DNA from: a bacterium
GTDB taxonomy: Bacteria > UBA8248
DNA: 64,000 bases
Assembly (NCBI GenBank): GCA_965199855.1
Contig: OZ241326.1
Span: 2,688,001 to 2,752,000 of the forward strand
Direction: 5' to 3'
Shown here: piece by piece, positions 63,952 to 64,000 of the stretch
Numbering within the stretch: position 1 is the first letter of the stretch
Layout of the letters: each line of letters opens with the position of its first letter
Notes under the pieces: model-generated
Databases searched by the model: none
Told to the model about the DNA's origin: nothing
Seen by the model: only the letters and a program-made list of their open reading frames with translations
Translations under genes and position numbers: made by a program

Positions 63952-64000
63952 GCCCGCCCCTCCTCAAGCGCCGTATTTTCGTATGGCGCGCTCGGTGAAT

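Overview
A high-GC bacterial chromosomal window, Gram-negative judging by kdsA/kdsB and an autotransporter. It is mostly housekeeping and metabolic genes: tmk (partial), a sigma54 two-component pair, hrcA, NfeD/SPFH, thrC, a kdsB-pyrG-kdsA plus polysaccharide cluster, MoeB-rhodanese, ino1, nth, tRNA-Arg(CCG), TRAP/TAXI transport and several paralogous dehydrogenases and hydrolases. Dense GTAG- and CGTC-type REP-like palindrome clusters fill the intergenic gaps. Highlights: (1) a visibly AT-richer 4.7-kb island with a tightly coupled HerA-like ATPase, NurA-like nuclease and N4-cytosine-type DNA methyltransferase operon, a candidate undescribed restriction-modification-like defence system, next to an internally deleted sulfatase remnant; (2) an AhpD/CMD-family gene split by the ORF caller at an in-frame TGA in a CxxU motif, followed by a SECIS-like hairpin (probable selenoprotein); (3) a perfect (CCGCCTCA)x12 tract inside a small uORF whose stop overlaps the start codon of a 1253-aa autotransporter (candidate phase-variation switch); (4) a ~550-bp element present twice in inverted orientation, with a perfect IHF consensus site and a conserved reading frame; (5) a frameshifted TRAP permease and an orphan methyltransferase. 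All calls come from motif recognition by eye; no database searches were run.
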